From the human T2T-CHM13v2.0 reference genome, Homo sapiens, in assembly GCF_009914755.1 (NCBI RefSeq), contig NC_060934.1: a stretch of DNA of 64,000 bases; one strand, 5' to 3'. Positions 14,564 to 33,919 of the stretch are shown here, piece after piece (position 1 is the first letter of the stretch; each line of letters starts with the position of its first letter). The position numbers and the translations under genes are program-made. Under the pieces are notes generated by a model, which worked only from the letters and a program-made list of their open reading frames with translations, made no database searches and had not been told where the DNA came from.

Positions 14564-16256
14564 CTACAAGATACTCTGTGTTCTTCTTTTTTATATAGAG
14601 TGTTCTTTTCTCACATTTAAAAAATGCATCCTCTTAGGTTCTTAATCATTTAAAATATTTATCTTATAATATTTATTTGCCATTTCTATTTTCGAAGTGT
14701 CTTGGAGGGCAGTCTAAATGTTTGTATCTGTTGATTTGTCATCGTGGGGATTGGTTCCTTCCATGTTTCCTTATTTTGGATTGTGAACTTAAGTTTTATC
14801 GTGGGTTAAGGATATATCCCTTCAGAAAAGTTTGTGTTTGCTTCACCACCCTGTCCCTTCTTATGTTAATTTAATGTTGGGATTTATCAAACCAAAGTCT
14901 ATTTGAACACAAGACTATGTGGCTATAAATTCATATGGCAGACTTTTTACCTCCTATCCAGAGCATAGACCAAATTGGACAAGTATTATTATTTTCTCCC
15001 TATGATGTGGTTTTTGGGTGATTTTTGTGTGTGGGTTTTTTTTTTTTTTTTTTTAAGTGGTCTGCCCTTCCACTGAAAGTGTAGCTTTTTGACAGTCTCA
15101 GCCATATAAACAGGATCTCAGTTTCATCCTTCCATCCATCCATTAGAGGCACAAGGTCTCATCTCTTTTCCTTTTGGGCATTAAAACCAAAGTTCATACA
15201 TTATTGAGACAGGCCGACTCTGCTAAGGCAGCCTGTTTGGCCTTTAAGTTTTATTGCTTATTTTTTGAGTATGTATTTATTTTTTTGATTATTATTATTT
15301 TTTTTTTGAGCTTTAAGCCTTCAAGTTTCCTTTTTATTCTTGACCCCTAGACATTTCCTTTGCTTGTGGACTCGGGTATTTGTTTTTAGGTAATATTTTT
15401 TTTCCCTATGACACAGCCCTCAGGAGATCCTGAGAACATGTGCCCTCATTTTTAGGTAATTTTAATTAGGAAGGGTTTTAGGTTGTCTGATCTGCCTTGT
15501 TGCTAGAAACAGAAATTCTCCTATTGATTGATTTTTCAAACCACTTCTTAGTGGCCTCTACAACTACTCCAGTCAGGTCAAGAATGGCTCTCACATTGCC
15601 AAGTCAGTGGGTATTTTTAGTCTTCATCTTAGATGACCTTTATGCACATTTGTCTTTGTCTAGGAACTTCTGTTGGAAACATCTTCTATTTTAATGTTAT
15701 TTTAAATTTTTTTGCTTTTGTAACATTATGCTTAGCATGTGTGTCCAACTCTTTGACAATTTCTTTTTAGTTTTCTGGTGGCTTCCCTTTATCCAAATTT
15801 AGTATTGAAATTCCTCGAGCCGCTGCTTTTCTCACTCCATAATTCTGGCCAGAATTTGGTACTTAAAATATTTTGTCTAAAATATTACAATAGCTACTTA
15901 AGTCATCTCCCTGACTCCACTCTGTTGTCTTTCAGGGCGTCGTCCACACTGTAGCCAAAGTGATCTTATAAAAACATAATTCTAATCATGGCACTCTTCT
16001 GCTTAAAAATGTTTTAATGGCTTTCCGTTAGGTTAAAATTTAAAAGTCCTTTGTAGCCTGTGAGACTCTACATGAGTTGACTCCCTAGCTTCATCTTTGA
16101 GCATCTTATTTCTTTACTTATTATACCATCAGTTAGAGTTGATTGTTATATAATCCACAGAAGTGAATTCTGTCCGATTTAAGCAAAAAAAAAAAAAAAA
16201 AAAAAAAGAGGGAGAATTTATTAGGTGTGTATAGTTACAGTTAATTTAGGGAATTA

Positions 16257-16606
<350 letters not shown>

Positions 16607-17918
16607 TCAAATTTTAAAAATGATTGTGTTCAATTGTATAGATCATGTCAAAAGAAGCAATACATAATGAGTAAAAATGTTCATCTTTAATAAAGCAAAA
16701 ATAGAGCAACCCACCAAATAGTTAACACTTGCCTGGAGAGATTTAGGAACACCAGTATTCCACTGAGATTGCTGAGAGTCTCAGGAAAGAAAGGTCTAAC
16801 TTAAATTGTATTTTACCATTTCTGAGTAATGAATGGATTAATTCTATGGAGATATATTCTACAGTCTAGAAAGGGAAAGCCAAAGATAAAGACTGTTGTA
16901 TTTATTCATTAGTTGCCAAAGGGAAAGGGAAGACCGATTAACAACAGAAGTGTTTCTGTTATTGTGTATATTATCCTGTTTATTTTAAAGATGCTTGCTT
17001 ATTTACATTTTCTTTTATCGCTACATAATAATTTACCTATTTATGGGGGACGTTTGAGTGTTTGTTACATGCATAGAATGTATACTGAGCAAGTCAGGGT
17101 ATGTGGGGTATCCATCACCTCGAATGTTTATCATTTCTGTGTGTTGGCAACATTTCAAGTCTTCTCTTCTACCTTCATTGAAATATTCAATGTATTGTTG
17201 CTAATGATAGTCACCCTAGCCTTCTGTCGAACATTAAAACTTACTTATTCTATCTAACTGTATGTTTGTACCCATTCAACAACCTTTCTTCATTTCTCCC
17301 TCCTACCCTCACACTCTTGCCAGCCTCTGGTATTTGTTATTCTATTCTCTGTCTCCATGACATCAAGTTTTTCAGGTCTTACATATGAGTTGAGCACATG
17401 TGGTATTTGTCTTTCTGTGCCTGGCTTATTTCACTTAACATAATGATCTCCAGTTCCATCCATGTTGTTGGAAATGACATGATTTCATTCTTTCTTATGG
17501 CCAAATAGTATTCCACTGTGTGTATATACTACACTTTCTTTATCCATTTGTCCATTGAAAAACACTGAGGTTGATTCCATATCTTTGCTTTTGTGAAGAA
17601 ATGCTATGATAAATATGTGAGTGCAGGTAACCCTTTGATATGCTCATTTCTTTTACTTTGGTTTAAATACCTGATATTGGGATTGCTAGATCATGTGGAA
17701 GTTGTATTTTTAGTTTTTTAGATAAATATACATACTATTTTATATAGTGGTTGTACTAATTTTACATTCCTACCAATAGTGTATAAGAGTTTATTTTTCT
17801 CCACATCCTCAGCAACATCTGTCATTTTTGTCTTTCTAATCATAGCCATTCTAACTGGAGTAATAGGATATCTCATTGTGGTTTCGATTTACATTCCCCT
17901 GATGATTAGTGATGTTGA

Positions 17919-23393
<5,475 letters not shown>

Positions 23394-23411
23394 TCTGTTT
23401 TGTTCTTTTTA

Positions 23412-23414
<3 letters not shown>

Positions 23415-23469
<55 letters not shown>
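23415..23469. repeat. (CT)n(AT)n microsatellite
   Basis: Read directly. Confidence 0.97.
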
Positions 23470-23470
<1 letters not shown>

Positions 23471-26208
23471 ATTATTACTGAATTACAGAATAAAAATAAA
23501 TAATTAATTTATTATTCATATTATTCATGTCCTGAATAACCATTCTGATTTCTTTGTATTTTCAGAATTATTTTGTATCGCACATAGCTTCTTTAGTATT
23601 AAAATTTTGAATTATTTTTCCAATATTTTTAAAAACTTTTTAATGGTATGTGTTCCTACGGAATTATTGTGTGCCCTTTGGAGGTGTCTCTCTCTCGCTT
23701 TTTTTTTTTTTTTGGCTTTTTAATGTTTCCTGTATATGTTGATATCTGTGCATCTGATGTGATAATAGCTTCTCCCAATTTTTTTGAATTTGCTTTCATA
23801 GGGGAGAACATTTTATTGAAGATATATCTATGGTGTTGCTTGGGTAGGCACCGTAGTTGTGATTCTGGATGTGTGCAGTCATGTAATCTCTGGATGATTT
23901 ATTTGGCTTAAACAGTATCAGCAGTGGCTATGATTTTTCTCAGTGGTTTAGGGTGCAATTATTAGTGGAGGCAGTGGTGAAGTTTTGCTGGGGACTAGGA
24001 TGCCAAGTAGACCAGCCTTTGCACCTCAGTCGTGGACCAAGCATGCCTCACCTTGGGCCCAGGGTGGCATATGCTGGTACTGGTGTTAGTGGGTCCAGGT
24101 AGGCTGATTCTTGTGCCTCGAGGTGGAGGCCCATACTTCCTCAGATGCCAGTAGTGGTAGCAGTTGGCTCTGTAGGTTGGACGGTTCTCGGGTCTGCAGC
24201 CAGCCAGTGTGGTGTGCGAAGACGGTGGCAGTGGTGGGTCAACCCTCTGGATCCCAGGAAGAGTGCACTTGTATTGGTGGTGGCTACAGTGGACTGGGCA
24301 GGCCAGTCTCCAGACCTACAGATGGTACATGCAGATAGGTGCCAGCTGTGGCAGTAGCAGCAGGGTGGGTAGGCCTAACCTCAGATCCCCAGGACAAGTG
24401 TTCAGGTGCTAATGATGTTGGATTGCGCTGGGCAGTCCCCTGTACTCCAGACTTGTGTGCTCTGGCATGGGCTGAGGGTGGGGCAAAGCTGGGTTGGTGG
24501 GCTTGTCCTCAGGCCCCCTGATGGTATTTGCAGGTACCAGTCATGGTAGGCAGGGGCAGGGTGATCCCTAAGTCACCAGCAGAATGTTCAGGTAGCCGGG
24601 GCAGCATTGGTCACACCGTTGCCCTGTCACTGGAGAGCCCAGGGCCATGTTAGTGGAGGCAAGTGTAGGCCAGCAGATGGGGAACACTCATGCATCAGCC
24701 CTAGCAGTGGTTCCCCACATCTCAGCCCTGTGTGCAGTAGCCCACACTTTGCTCATTCACGCCTCCACCCTGGGAGCAGTAGCTGGTGTATCTCTTGGCC
24801 TTAGTCCTAGCGCTGCTGGGCCCTAGGACAGTGTGTAGCCTGTTGGGTACAAGACTCTTAAGATGGTGCTTTGCTGTTGCTGCTTAGGTCTTAGAACATG
24901 TATGGGATACAGCATAAGCATCCTCCCTGTGGCTGTGCTGTCAACACAATCTCCTCGCAGTTCCTTATGTTTATTTCAGAGCCTGAAAGGATCTAGGAGC
25001 TCTCCCATGGCTAGGATTGCAGAAGTCCATGTGGGAATGTTGACAGCTGAGGGTCTCTAACCTGTTCTTTCCCTGCATTAGGGAGCCTCTCTTGGCTCCT
25101 GGCCAAGCAGGCTGCCTTGCTTCCCTTTCCTTCCTTGTTTTAGGTATTGGTTGTTAGTTTTTTGTTGAATTCCAGTGTTTTCTCTTGGACGATCTATACA
25201 AATTGTGGTTACCTTCTAACTATTTTGGTTCTTAGTGGAAGAGACAAATACAAAATGCCTCTAGTCACCCATCTTGAAACCCCTCTCTCAATCCTATTTA
25301 ATTCATAATAATGAATTCATAATAATGATGGGCACTGTTTGTCAGATGTTTACTATGTGGTAGACAGCATACTGTCTACCATGACTGGTGCCTGCACATA
25401 CCATTAGGGGTCCTGAGGACAATATTAGTATATGCTTCGCATATGTAAGTTAATCCTTGCCCCAGCCCTGTGAAATTGTTGGTACCACCCTCACTTTATA
25501 GATGAGGTATATGAGGTTGTGTGAGGTTAAGTTATTTGCACGAGGGAGCAGGATTTGGACTTTTAACTATTTTCACACCATATTAACCTCTAGGAAAGAA
25601 TAAGTCATTCAGTCTCTCGGGATGTGGGTTAGGGATAACTTACAGGCTTAATTACTTACTTAGTTAAATATTTCTGAAGACTATTCCATTCACAGTCTTT
25701 TTCCTGAATAAGCCACTGGATGGGTACTTACTTGACCTCCTAGGCAGTTTGAAAGTGGGAAATAGGAACTCAGGTTGATGAGCATTATTATTTCTGTCAT
25801 TAGACAGGTATACTTCTGTCTTATTTACCAATCTTGTGTAATTGCATTGGCTTACTAATAAAAACTTAAGTCTAAACAATGTTCTTCTGGCGTCTACTCA
25901 TACTGTATTCTTCTCCTGAGATCACTGTTTGTCTCCATCTTTTCACATCTAGTGGGCTGAAAATGCAGCATTTGAGAAGTCACTGCCATCTCTTTCGTCA
26001 GGCTCTCTTTCTTTGCTTCAGTGACACCACAGTCATGGTTTTCTTCTTATCTTACTGGTGTCAATTTTCTGTATGAACTCCTCTTCTAGGACCCATCCTT
26101 GAAATGTTGGAGAGCCTCAACATGTGGTCCCAGGCTGGCGTTTAAGAAAACTTCCATTCCTCCTGTTCCAGTTTTTACCATCTCAGTAAGGGCACTTTTA
26201 ATCACTAG

Positions 26209-26578
<370 letters not shown>

Positions 26579-28318
26579 AAGTTTAGATGATTCTAATTTC
26601 TAGATGCACTGCAAGTCCTTGTCCGTGTTCAGTACTACTACCGTCTTTGTCTGGAGGGACATAATTTTTAATCCAGATTGTGAAATAGCCTCCTAAAAAA
26701 AAATCTTTGTTTCCACTCATCCCCGTCAGTCCCTTTGCTACATAAGAGTCAGAGGGATGATCTTTTTAAAAAGTGAGTCATACTATTTGCCTTTGGTGTC
26801 TTCCTACTGATCTTAGCAAAAATTCAGAACACCTGTACATGGCTTACAAGGCCTTATGATCTGTTCCTTCCCCTCTCTCCAACTTTGTCTTTTACCAGCC
26901 TCTCCACAAGGCTTTAGCTGTATTACCTGTTTTTTCTTCTTTCAATATTTCTGGGTCTTTTGGACAAGTTTTTCTGTCTTACTCTTTGTCTAGTTAACAC
27001 CTACCTAACCTTTAAGCCTTGTCTTAAATATTTTTTTAGACAGGTCTTTCTTGCTTCCTAGTATTTCACTCTTGTGGTACCTTTTTCTCTTCCATTATAG
27101 TATGTGTTGGAATTTATATTCATGTATTTGTTTTAATGTTTGCCTTGCTCCTTAAATTGTAAATTCCCAGAGAGCTAAAATCTTGTCTGTCTTGCTTGCT
27201 ACATTATCCCAGCTCCTAGCCTCATTCCTCATACCTACTGAGTATTTGTTTGATGAAAGGAAGGAAGGAAGGAAGGGAAGAAAAGGAAAGGAAGGAATCA
27301 GTATGTCATTGCCACCCTCTGTACCGTTCTGCAGCTTTGTTTCTCCTCCCTATCCTGAACAGATGAATTTCAGTGTATTTTCCTAGAGCTCATGCATTGT
27401 AACATTTAGCTCTGTTTAATTCAATGAATGTCACCTTGATTTTAGTTAAAAACAGCATATGACTTAAGATGAAAATAGAGTGAAGTTAAATAGAAAGCAG
27501 ATACAGAAGAATTTAAGGTGGATGTTGTACCAGTCCTACCTGAGGAGCAAGGAAGTTGAAGGGAATACATTATTTTCATTTACAAAGAAAGATTTAGAAT
27601 TTTAAGCTTTCCTGCCTTGATAGGAAAGGAACATTTTGCTCTGTTTTTTTTGTGTGTGTGTTTTTTTTTTACCAGTAAACTGAGTACCAGATATTGTTTC
27701 AAAGTGTGATTACTGGATTGCACATTTAGCTGCGTAATTTCGTATGTAAGTATACGTTGATGTAATATAAAAACAATTTAAGTTTTGAGATTGAAGGTCC
27801 TTAATCACCACGATTTTGCTTCTCAATATTATTCTTCCAAGATGTTTTACTGCATGTTGTGATGGTAATTGCAACTTTCAAAGTGTAGTAGAGACATTAG
27901 AGGACCTGGTAGTTACAACAGTGTACTTTCCTGACTTACAGATACATTTTTAATGAAAGCATTAACACCAAAATGGCCGTAGCTACCATTTATTAAAACT
28001 TACTCTGTGGTAGGCATTGCTAGAGCTTTTTTATATGGATATTCTCAAAATCTCACAAAAAGTCTTTAAGGTAGCCATTATCTTTGTTTTATAGATAAGA
28101 ATAATATGGAGGTTCAGAAGGGTTAAGTAGTTTGATTAAGGGTCATGTAGGTGACAGATCCAGCATTTGAACCCAGTTTTGTCTAAGTCAAAAGCCTCTG
28201 CTGTTTCAATTTCAGCATGCTGCCTCCAGCTAACTTTTGTTTTCTAATTTTAGAAATTGGAGACTCCCTGTGTAGTACACTTTTCACCCCCAAAATAACT
28301 AATCAGCATTTTATCTGC

Positions 28319-29130
<812 letters not shown>

Positions 29131-30228
29131 ATTCCTTTGAAATTCTTAGAGCAGTTTATAAGATTCTCTATCTTAGTTTTCTAAGTTTGCCCTTTGTGAT
29201 CTATTTTTGTTTGTTTACCCTTTAAATGGTAATGTTATTTAGGGTTCTGTCTTTGGTTCTCTTCTCTTGATCATGCTGAGAACTTTCCCTGGGTGATTCC
29301 ATTTTTGTTCCTTGGCCTTGACCATTGTGTTCATATCAAGAGTTGTAAGTAAAATACTTATGGGGCCACATAGGTAACATAAATGAGTGACATGGTAAGG
29401 GATGATGGAGATGCTGATGGATTAAAGTCTCTATGCCCTGTTCAGAGCTCTGGTCAGATTGTTGCTCTTTTATAATATAGTATCCAGTGTTGGCAAATCT
29501 TCAGTTTTTCAAGAGATATTAGGCATCTAGAGTTCTTAATGGGAAATTTCTTATTTCTATAATAATTATGAGCAACTGGTTAAAATTTCAACCATAGTGC
29601 AGACCAATAGTAAGTATTTTTAGTTTGCAGGTTTACTTACTGTAACTTACCATGCTTCTCACTCCTAGATTTATGTCTTCAGATCTGAATTTCCTGCTGG
29701 GTTTTAGGCTTATCCCATTGTGTTCTATATGTAGGAGTTCTGTGTCCCACAGGCATCTCAAAGACCATGACCCTGAACCTCTTAATTTGTATTAGGAAGT
29801 GATTTCATTTATAGGATACCTGTGAGTTTGAATCATTATTTCACCACCTACTAGCTCACCAAAAAAGTTACTTTATTTCTTTAAAGTTCTGTTTGCTCAT
29901 ATGTGAAATGGGAGTAATATTTACCTCATTGAGTTCTTATACTAGCACAGTTACTTCCGTACAGTAACCAAACACTGCTTTCAGTTGCTGTTCCTGTTTC
30001 AGTGAATGGTATCACTACATGTACTTACTTATGCTTAAGAGTCATTGGTGACTCTACCCTTGTTTTTATTTTTCAGGTCTAATTAGTCACCAGGTTCTAT
30101 TGGTCTAATAGAATTTTCAGGTCTAATTAGTCACCAAGTCCTTAGAATTTATCCTGCTCTACTGCATGTTTCTTCCTCAAACCGTCCTTCACCTCTGTAC
30201 TGCAGCCCCTTTAGAAATTAGCTTGAGA

Positions 30229-30846
30229 GGCCAGATGTGGTGGCTCAAACCTGTAATCCCAGCACTTTGGGAGGCCGAGACGGGCAGATCACCTGAGGTC
30301 AGGAGTTTGAGACCAGCCTGGCCGACATGGTGAAACCCCATCTCTAGTAAAAATACAAAAATTAGCTGAGTGTGATGGCACGTGCCTGTAATCCCAGCTA
30401 CTAGGGAGGCTGAGGCAGGAGAATCACTTGAACCCGCGGGTAGAGGTTACAGCGAGCCGAGATTGCACCACTGCACTCCAGCCTGGGCAACAGAGCAAGA
30501 CTTCACCTCAAAAAAGAAACTAGCTTGAGGCTGGGCATGGTGGCTCATGCGTGTGATGCCAGCACTTTGGGAGGTTGAGGTGGGAGGACCACTTGAGCTC
30601 AGGAGTTTGAAATCAGCCTGTCAGCATAGTGAGACCCCATCTCTTAACCCACCGACCCCACAACCAACGCAAAAAAAAAAAAAAAAAGCCAGGTGTGGTG
30701 GCATTCGCCTGTGGTCCCAGCTACTTGGGAGGCTGAGGCAGGAGGGTCGCTTGGCCCAGGAGGTCAAGGCTGCAGTGAGCTATGATTGCACCACGGCACT
30801 CCAGCATAGGTGAGAGAGACTCTGTCTCAGAAAACAAACAAACAAA
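30229..30846 (+). mobile_element. Tandem sense Alus (AluS 30229-30515; AluJ 30529-30846)
   Basis: Alu consensus; shared target motif agaaa(t/c)tagcttga present three times. Confidence 0.92.
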
Positions 30847-31291
30847 AGATAGAAAAGAAATTAGCTTGAAAAGCAACAACATCTCTTCCAGTAAGTTTTT
30901 TGGCTCACCACTTTTCTCACTCCAGGTCTGAATTAGATACCTCTTTTTCTGTGCTCCTAGCCTCCTGAGGATGTCTCTGTCATAGTGCTCTCCACAACTG
31001 TTTGTAATGCCTTTTTTCTACGCAACTTCTTGAAGGCAAAGACTACCTATCTTGAATGGCTTTTTATCTCCAGGGCTTAGAATAATGCCTGGCAAATAAT
31101 GAGTTCAGTGATGTTTGCAGAATGAATGCATTGGCTAAATATATCATTTTTCTGGAGAAATTGTAGATATAAAAAAGATCCCGACGCCTTAATTATAGCT
31201 GTAAGGCTTTTTAAAATGTCCCAGTTGTTTTGTTTTCCCTGTTTGAATAAGATTCTAGGTGCTTTAATTTATTATATAAGTCAATAACTTC

Positions 31292-31512
31292 ATTTATTTA
31301 TTTATTTATTTTTAAAGACAGAGTCTTGCTTTATTGCCAAGGCTGGAGTGCAGTGATACAATCACGGCATGGTTCACTACAACCTTGAACTTCCAGGCTC
31401 AAGTGATCCTCACACCTCAGTCCCCAAGGTAGCTGGGACTACAGGCATGTGCCACCATGCCTGGCTAATTTTTATTTTTTGTAGAGACAATATCTCCCTT
31501 TGTTGTCCAGGC
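31292..31512 (-). mobile_element. Partial AluJ
   Basis: Alu right arm plus part of the left arm. Confidence 0.85.
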
Positions 31513-31715
31513 TATGTTGATGTTTTTTTGGAACAAAGTAAATTGTATGTTGATACAAATTACTGATTATTGTTGTCCTCTAGGGCTACAGTTGCTAATT
31601 TATTTATTTATTTCTTTTTTCTGCAGCCCACTTAGGTTCATTCTTTCCTCCTGTTTCTGTACCTTGGTTTCAGGCTCTTTTTCCCCTCTTGCCCTCCCAA
31701 GAGCTCTGGTTTATA

Positions 31716-31924
31716 GCAAGTTTTCTCGGCCTCCACACTATTAACACTATGGGCCAGTTATTTCTTCTGGAGGCTGTCCTGTGCATTGTAAGATGTCTAG
31801 TAGCATCCCTGGCCTATACCCATTGGATGCCAGTAGCACCCTCCAGGCTTGATAACTAAAAATGTCTCCAGGTATTGTGAAATGTCCCTTGTGGGGCAAA
31901 ATCACCCCTGGTTGAGAACGGCTG
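31716..31924. mobile_element. MER20 (hAT-Charlie) DNA transposon relic
   Basis: ggctgtcctgtgcattgtaagatg..agcatccctggcct..ggatgccagtagcacc..aaatgtctccag..ggggcaaaatcacccctggttgagaac matches my recall of MER20. Confidence 0.8.
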
Positions 31925-32859
31925 GTTTATAGATATTCCCATTTCTTTATCCTGAAAGCCTCTCCTTCTCTATGCTGAGCATGATTTTCTTTTTTTAAAA
32001 AATAAGCACTTTTAAAAAATTAACTTGTTTCCTGTTAACTTATGCTCATCCTCCCACCCTCTTTTCTAGAATGAATAGCTTCCACCATTTCCCACCTTAT
32101 TTCTGGCTTTTATCCCCATGGTGCCTCTCAAAGTGTTTTCATCAAGTCTCCCATGATTTTCACCTCCTGTGTTCTCTGGAGTAAATGGAGCTGCCAACTC
32201 ATAGCCCAGTTCATCATGTCTTAATCGTTCCTCCTCTCCTACCCCTGCAGCTGCCCCATACAGTCAGTCACAAAGTCCTGTCTGTGTTATCGCTGGAATG
32301 TCTCTAGAATCTACCAACATTCTTTATTCCCACACCTGTCTCCCACCAATGTCATCAGCTCCTCTTTTGGTCTCGGAATTTCAAGTTGGGCCTGTTCCAT
32401 TTTAATTTCTACCTTGTCGGCTTTCTAGAACAAGGTCTCTTCCTACTTCAGACTTCCTCAGTGATGATTTCTGGGGCTTTAGCATTTGCCTTTTGGAAGG
32501 CCCATTAGGTGATTTTTATGGAACTCTAATTGCTTCATTCCTCTATTTAAGAAACGTTTTCTTGCTCTTAGAAACTCCTAAAATCCATGACATATTTTTT
32601 ACAAAGCTCTTTCTGCTATCCCCTGCTTTTAACAAAAGCCTTTTTGCTAAATAAAAATGGTGTAGGTTCTTTTAGACAACTGCTTCATGAGAAGTCAGTG
32701 TTTATTTGTTTAGTTACTAGCACAATATTTTTTAAACAGCAACAATAAGATTTATAATTGGAGGAGGGATCCAGGAGGAAATGCAAGTTTACTGATTATG
32801 TGTGTCTGTGACAAATTTGACTGCTAAGTTATATTTAAATAACATTTGTTTTTTTGCAG

Positions 32860-33038
32860 GTATTTATAACAGCAATGATGTAGCAGTATCGTTTCCAAAT
32901 GTAGTATCTGGCTCGGGATCTAGTACTCCTGTCTCCAGCTCTCACTTACCTCAGCAGTCTTCTGGGCATTTGCAACAAGTAGGAGCGCTCTCTCCCTCAG
33001 CTGTGTCATCTGCAGCCCCTGCTGTTGCTACAACTCAG
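32860..33038 (+). CDS. MLLT10: MLLT10 exon D (179 nt, phase 1-0): (G)IYNSNDVAVSFPNVVSGSGSSTPVSSSHLPQQ...AVATTQ
   Basis: tttgtttttttgcAG acceptor; CAG|GTAAGT donor at 33039; overlaps ORF 32802-33062. Confidence 0.96.
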
Positions 33039-33621
33039 GTAAGTTGTTACACTATCATGTGACAGGTAATAGGTGGGTTTCTCATTTTTAAAGTGAGTTT
33101 TGTTGGAGGAGAAACAAATGACATAGGGCCTTCTATAGGAATTTATGAAATACCTCAATTTGTATTAATGTATTAGTGAAAATGATAGGTATTTTTACAT
33201 GGTATTCATGAGAGAGGATGGATGAGTGTATGGGCACCAACTAATTCTTTTTAATTTCTGGGTTTTAAATTTTGTCTGAATGATATAAAATATACTTTCA
33301 GGGGAGCTTTTATTCTTTCTTTAAAAAAGTAGGACCCACAAAATATGAGCAAGTTTTGGACTCTTGTGATTTTTAAAATTCCTTTTATAATTTTTAAAAT
33401 TACACAAAAAATATATGAAATCTTTTTAAAGTTTTAAAAAAAACCGTGTAGGAGAATGTAGGTTAAAAGACCGAATGACCGCTTCAAGCACTACACATTT
33501 TTCCTCCTAGTGGGAGAGAACAGTGTTTGTAAATAATGATGAATATATAGGTTTTTCCATTTGTGTACCCCTTTTATCTGACTTCAGATTTGTAGTTTGA
33601 TAGGTGACCTAGTCTATAGGA

Positions 33622-33919
33622 TTTTTTTGTTTTTGTTTGAGACGGAGTCTCACTTTGTCACCCAGGCTGGAGTGCAGTGGTGTGATCTCAGCTCACTGCA
33701 CCTCTGCCTCCTGGGTTCAAGCAATTCTCCTGCCTCAGCCTCCCGACTAGCTGAGATTACAGGCACACGCCACCATGCCTAGGTAATTTTTGTATTTTGA
33801 GTAGAGGCAAGGTTTTGCCGTGTTGGCCAGGCTGGTCTTCAACCCCTGACCTCAGGTAATCTGCCTGCCTTGGCCTCCCAAAGTGTTAGGATTACAGGCG
33901 TGAGCCACCAAGCACAGCC
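33622..33919 (-). mobile_element. AluS
   Basis: Alu consensus. Confidence 0.92.

Noticed and set aside
23900-25100. CpG island or novel gene (GC-rich with several short ORFs)
   Set aside because: Explained as the 5' UTR of the antisense L1; CpG-depleted.
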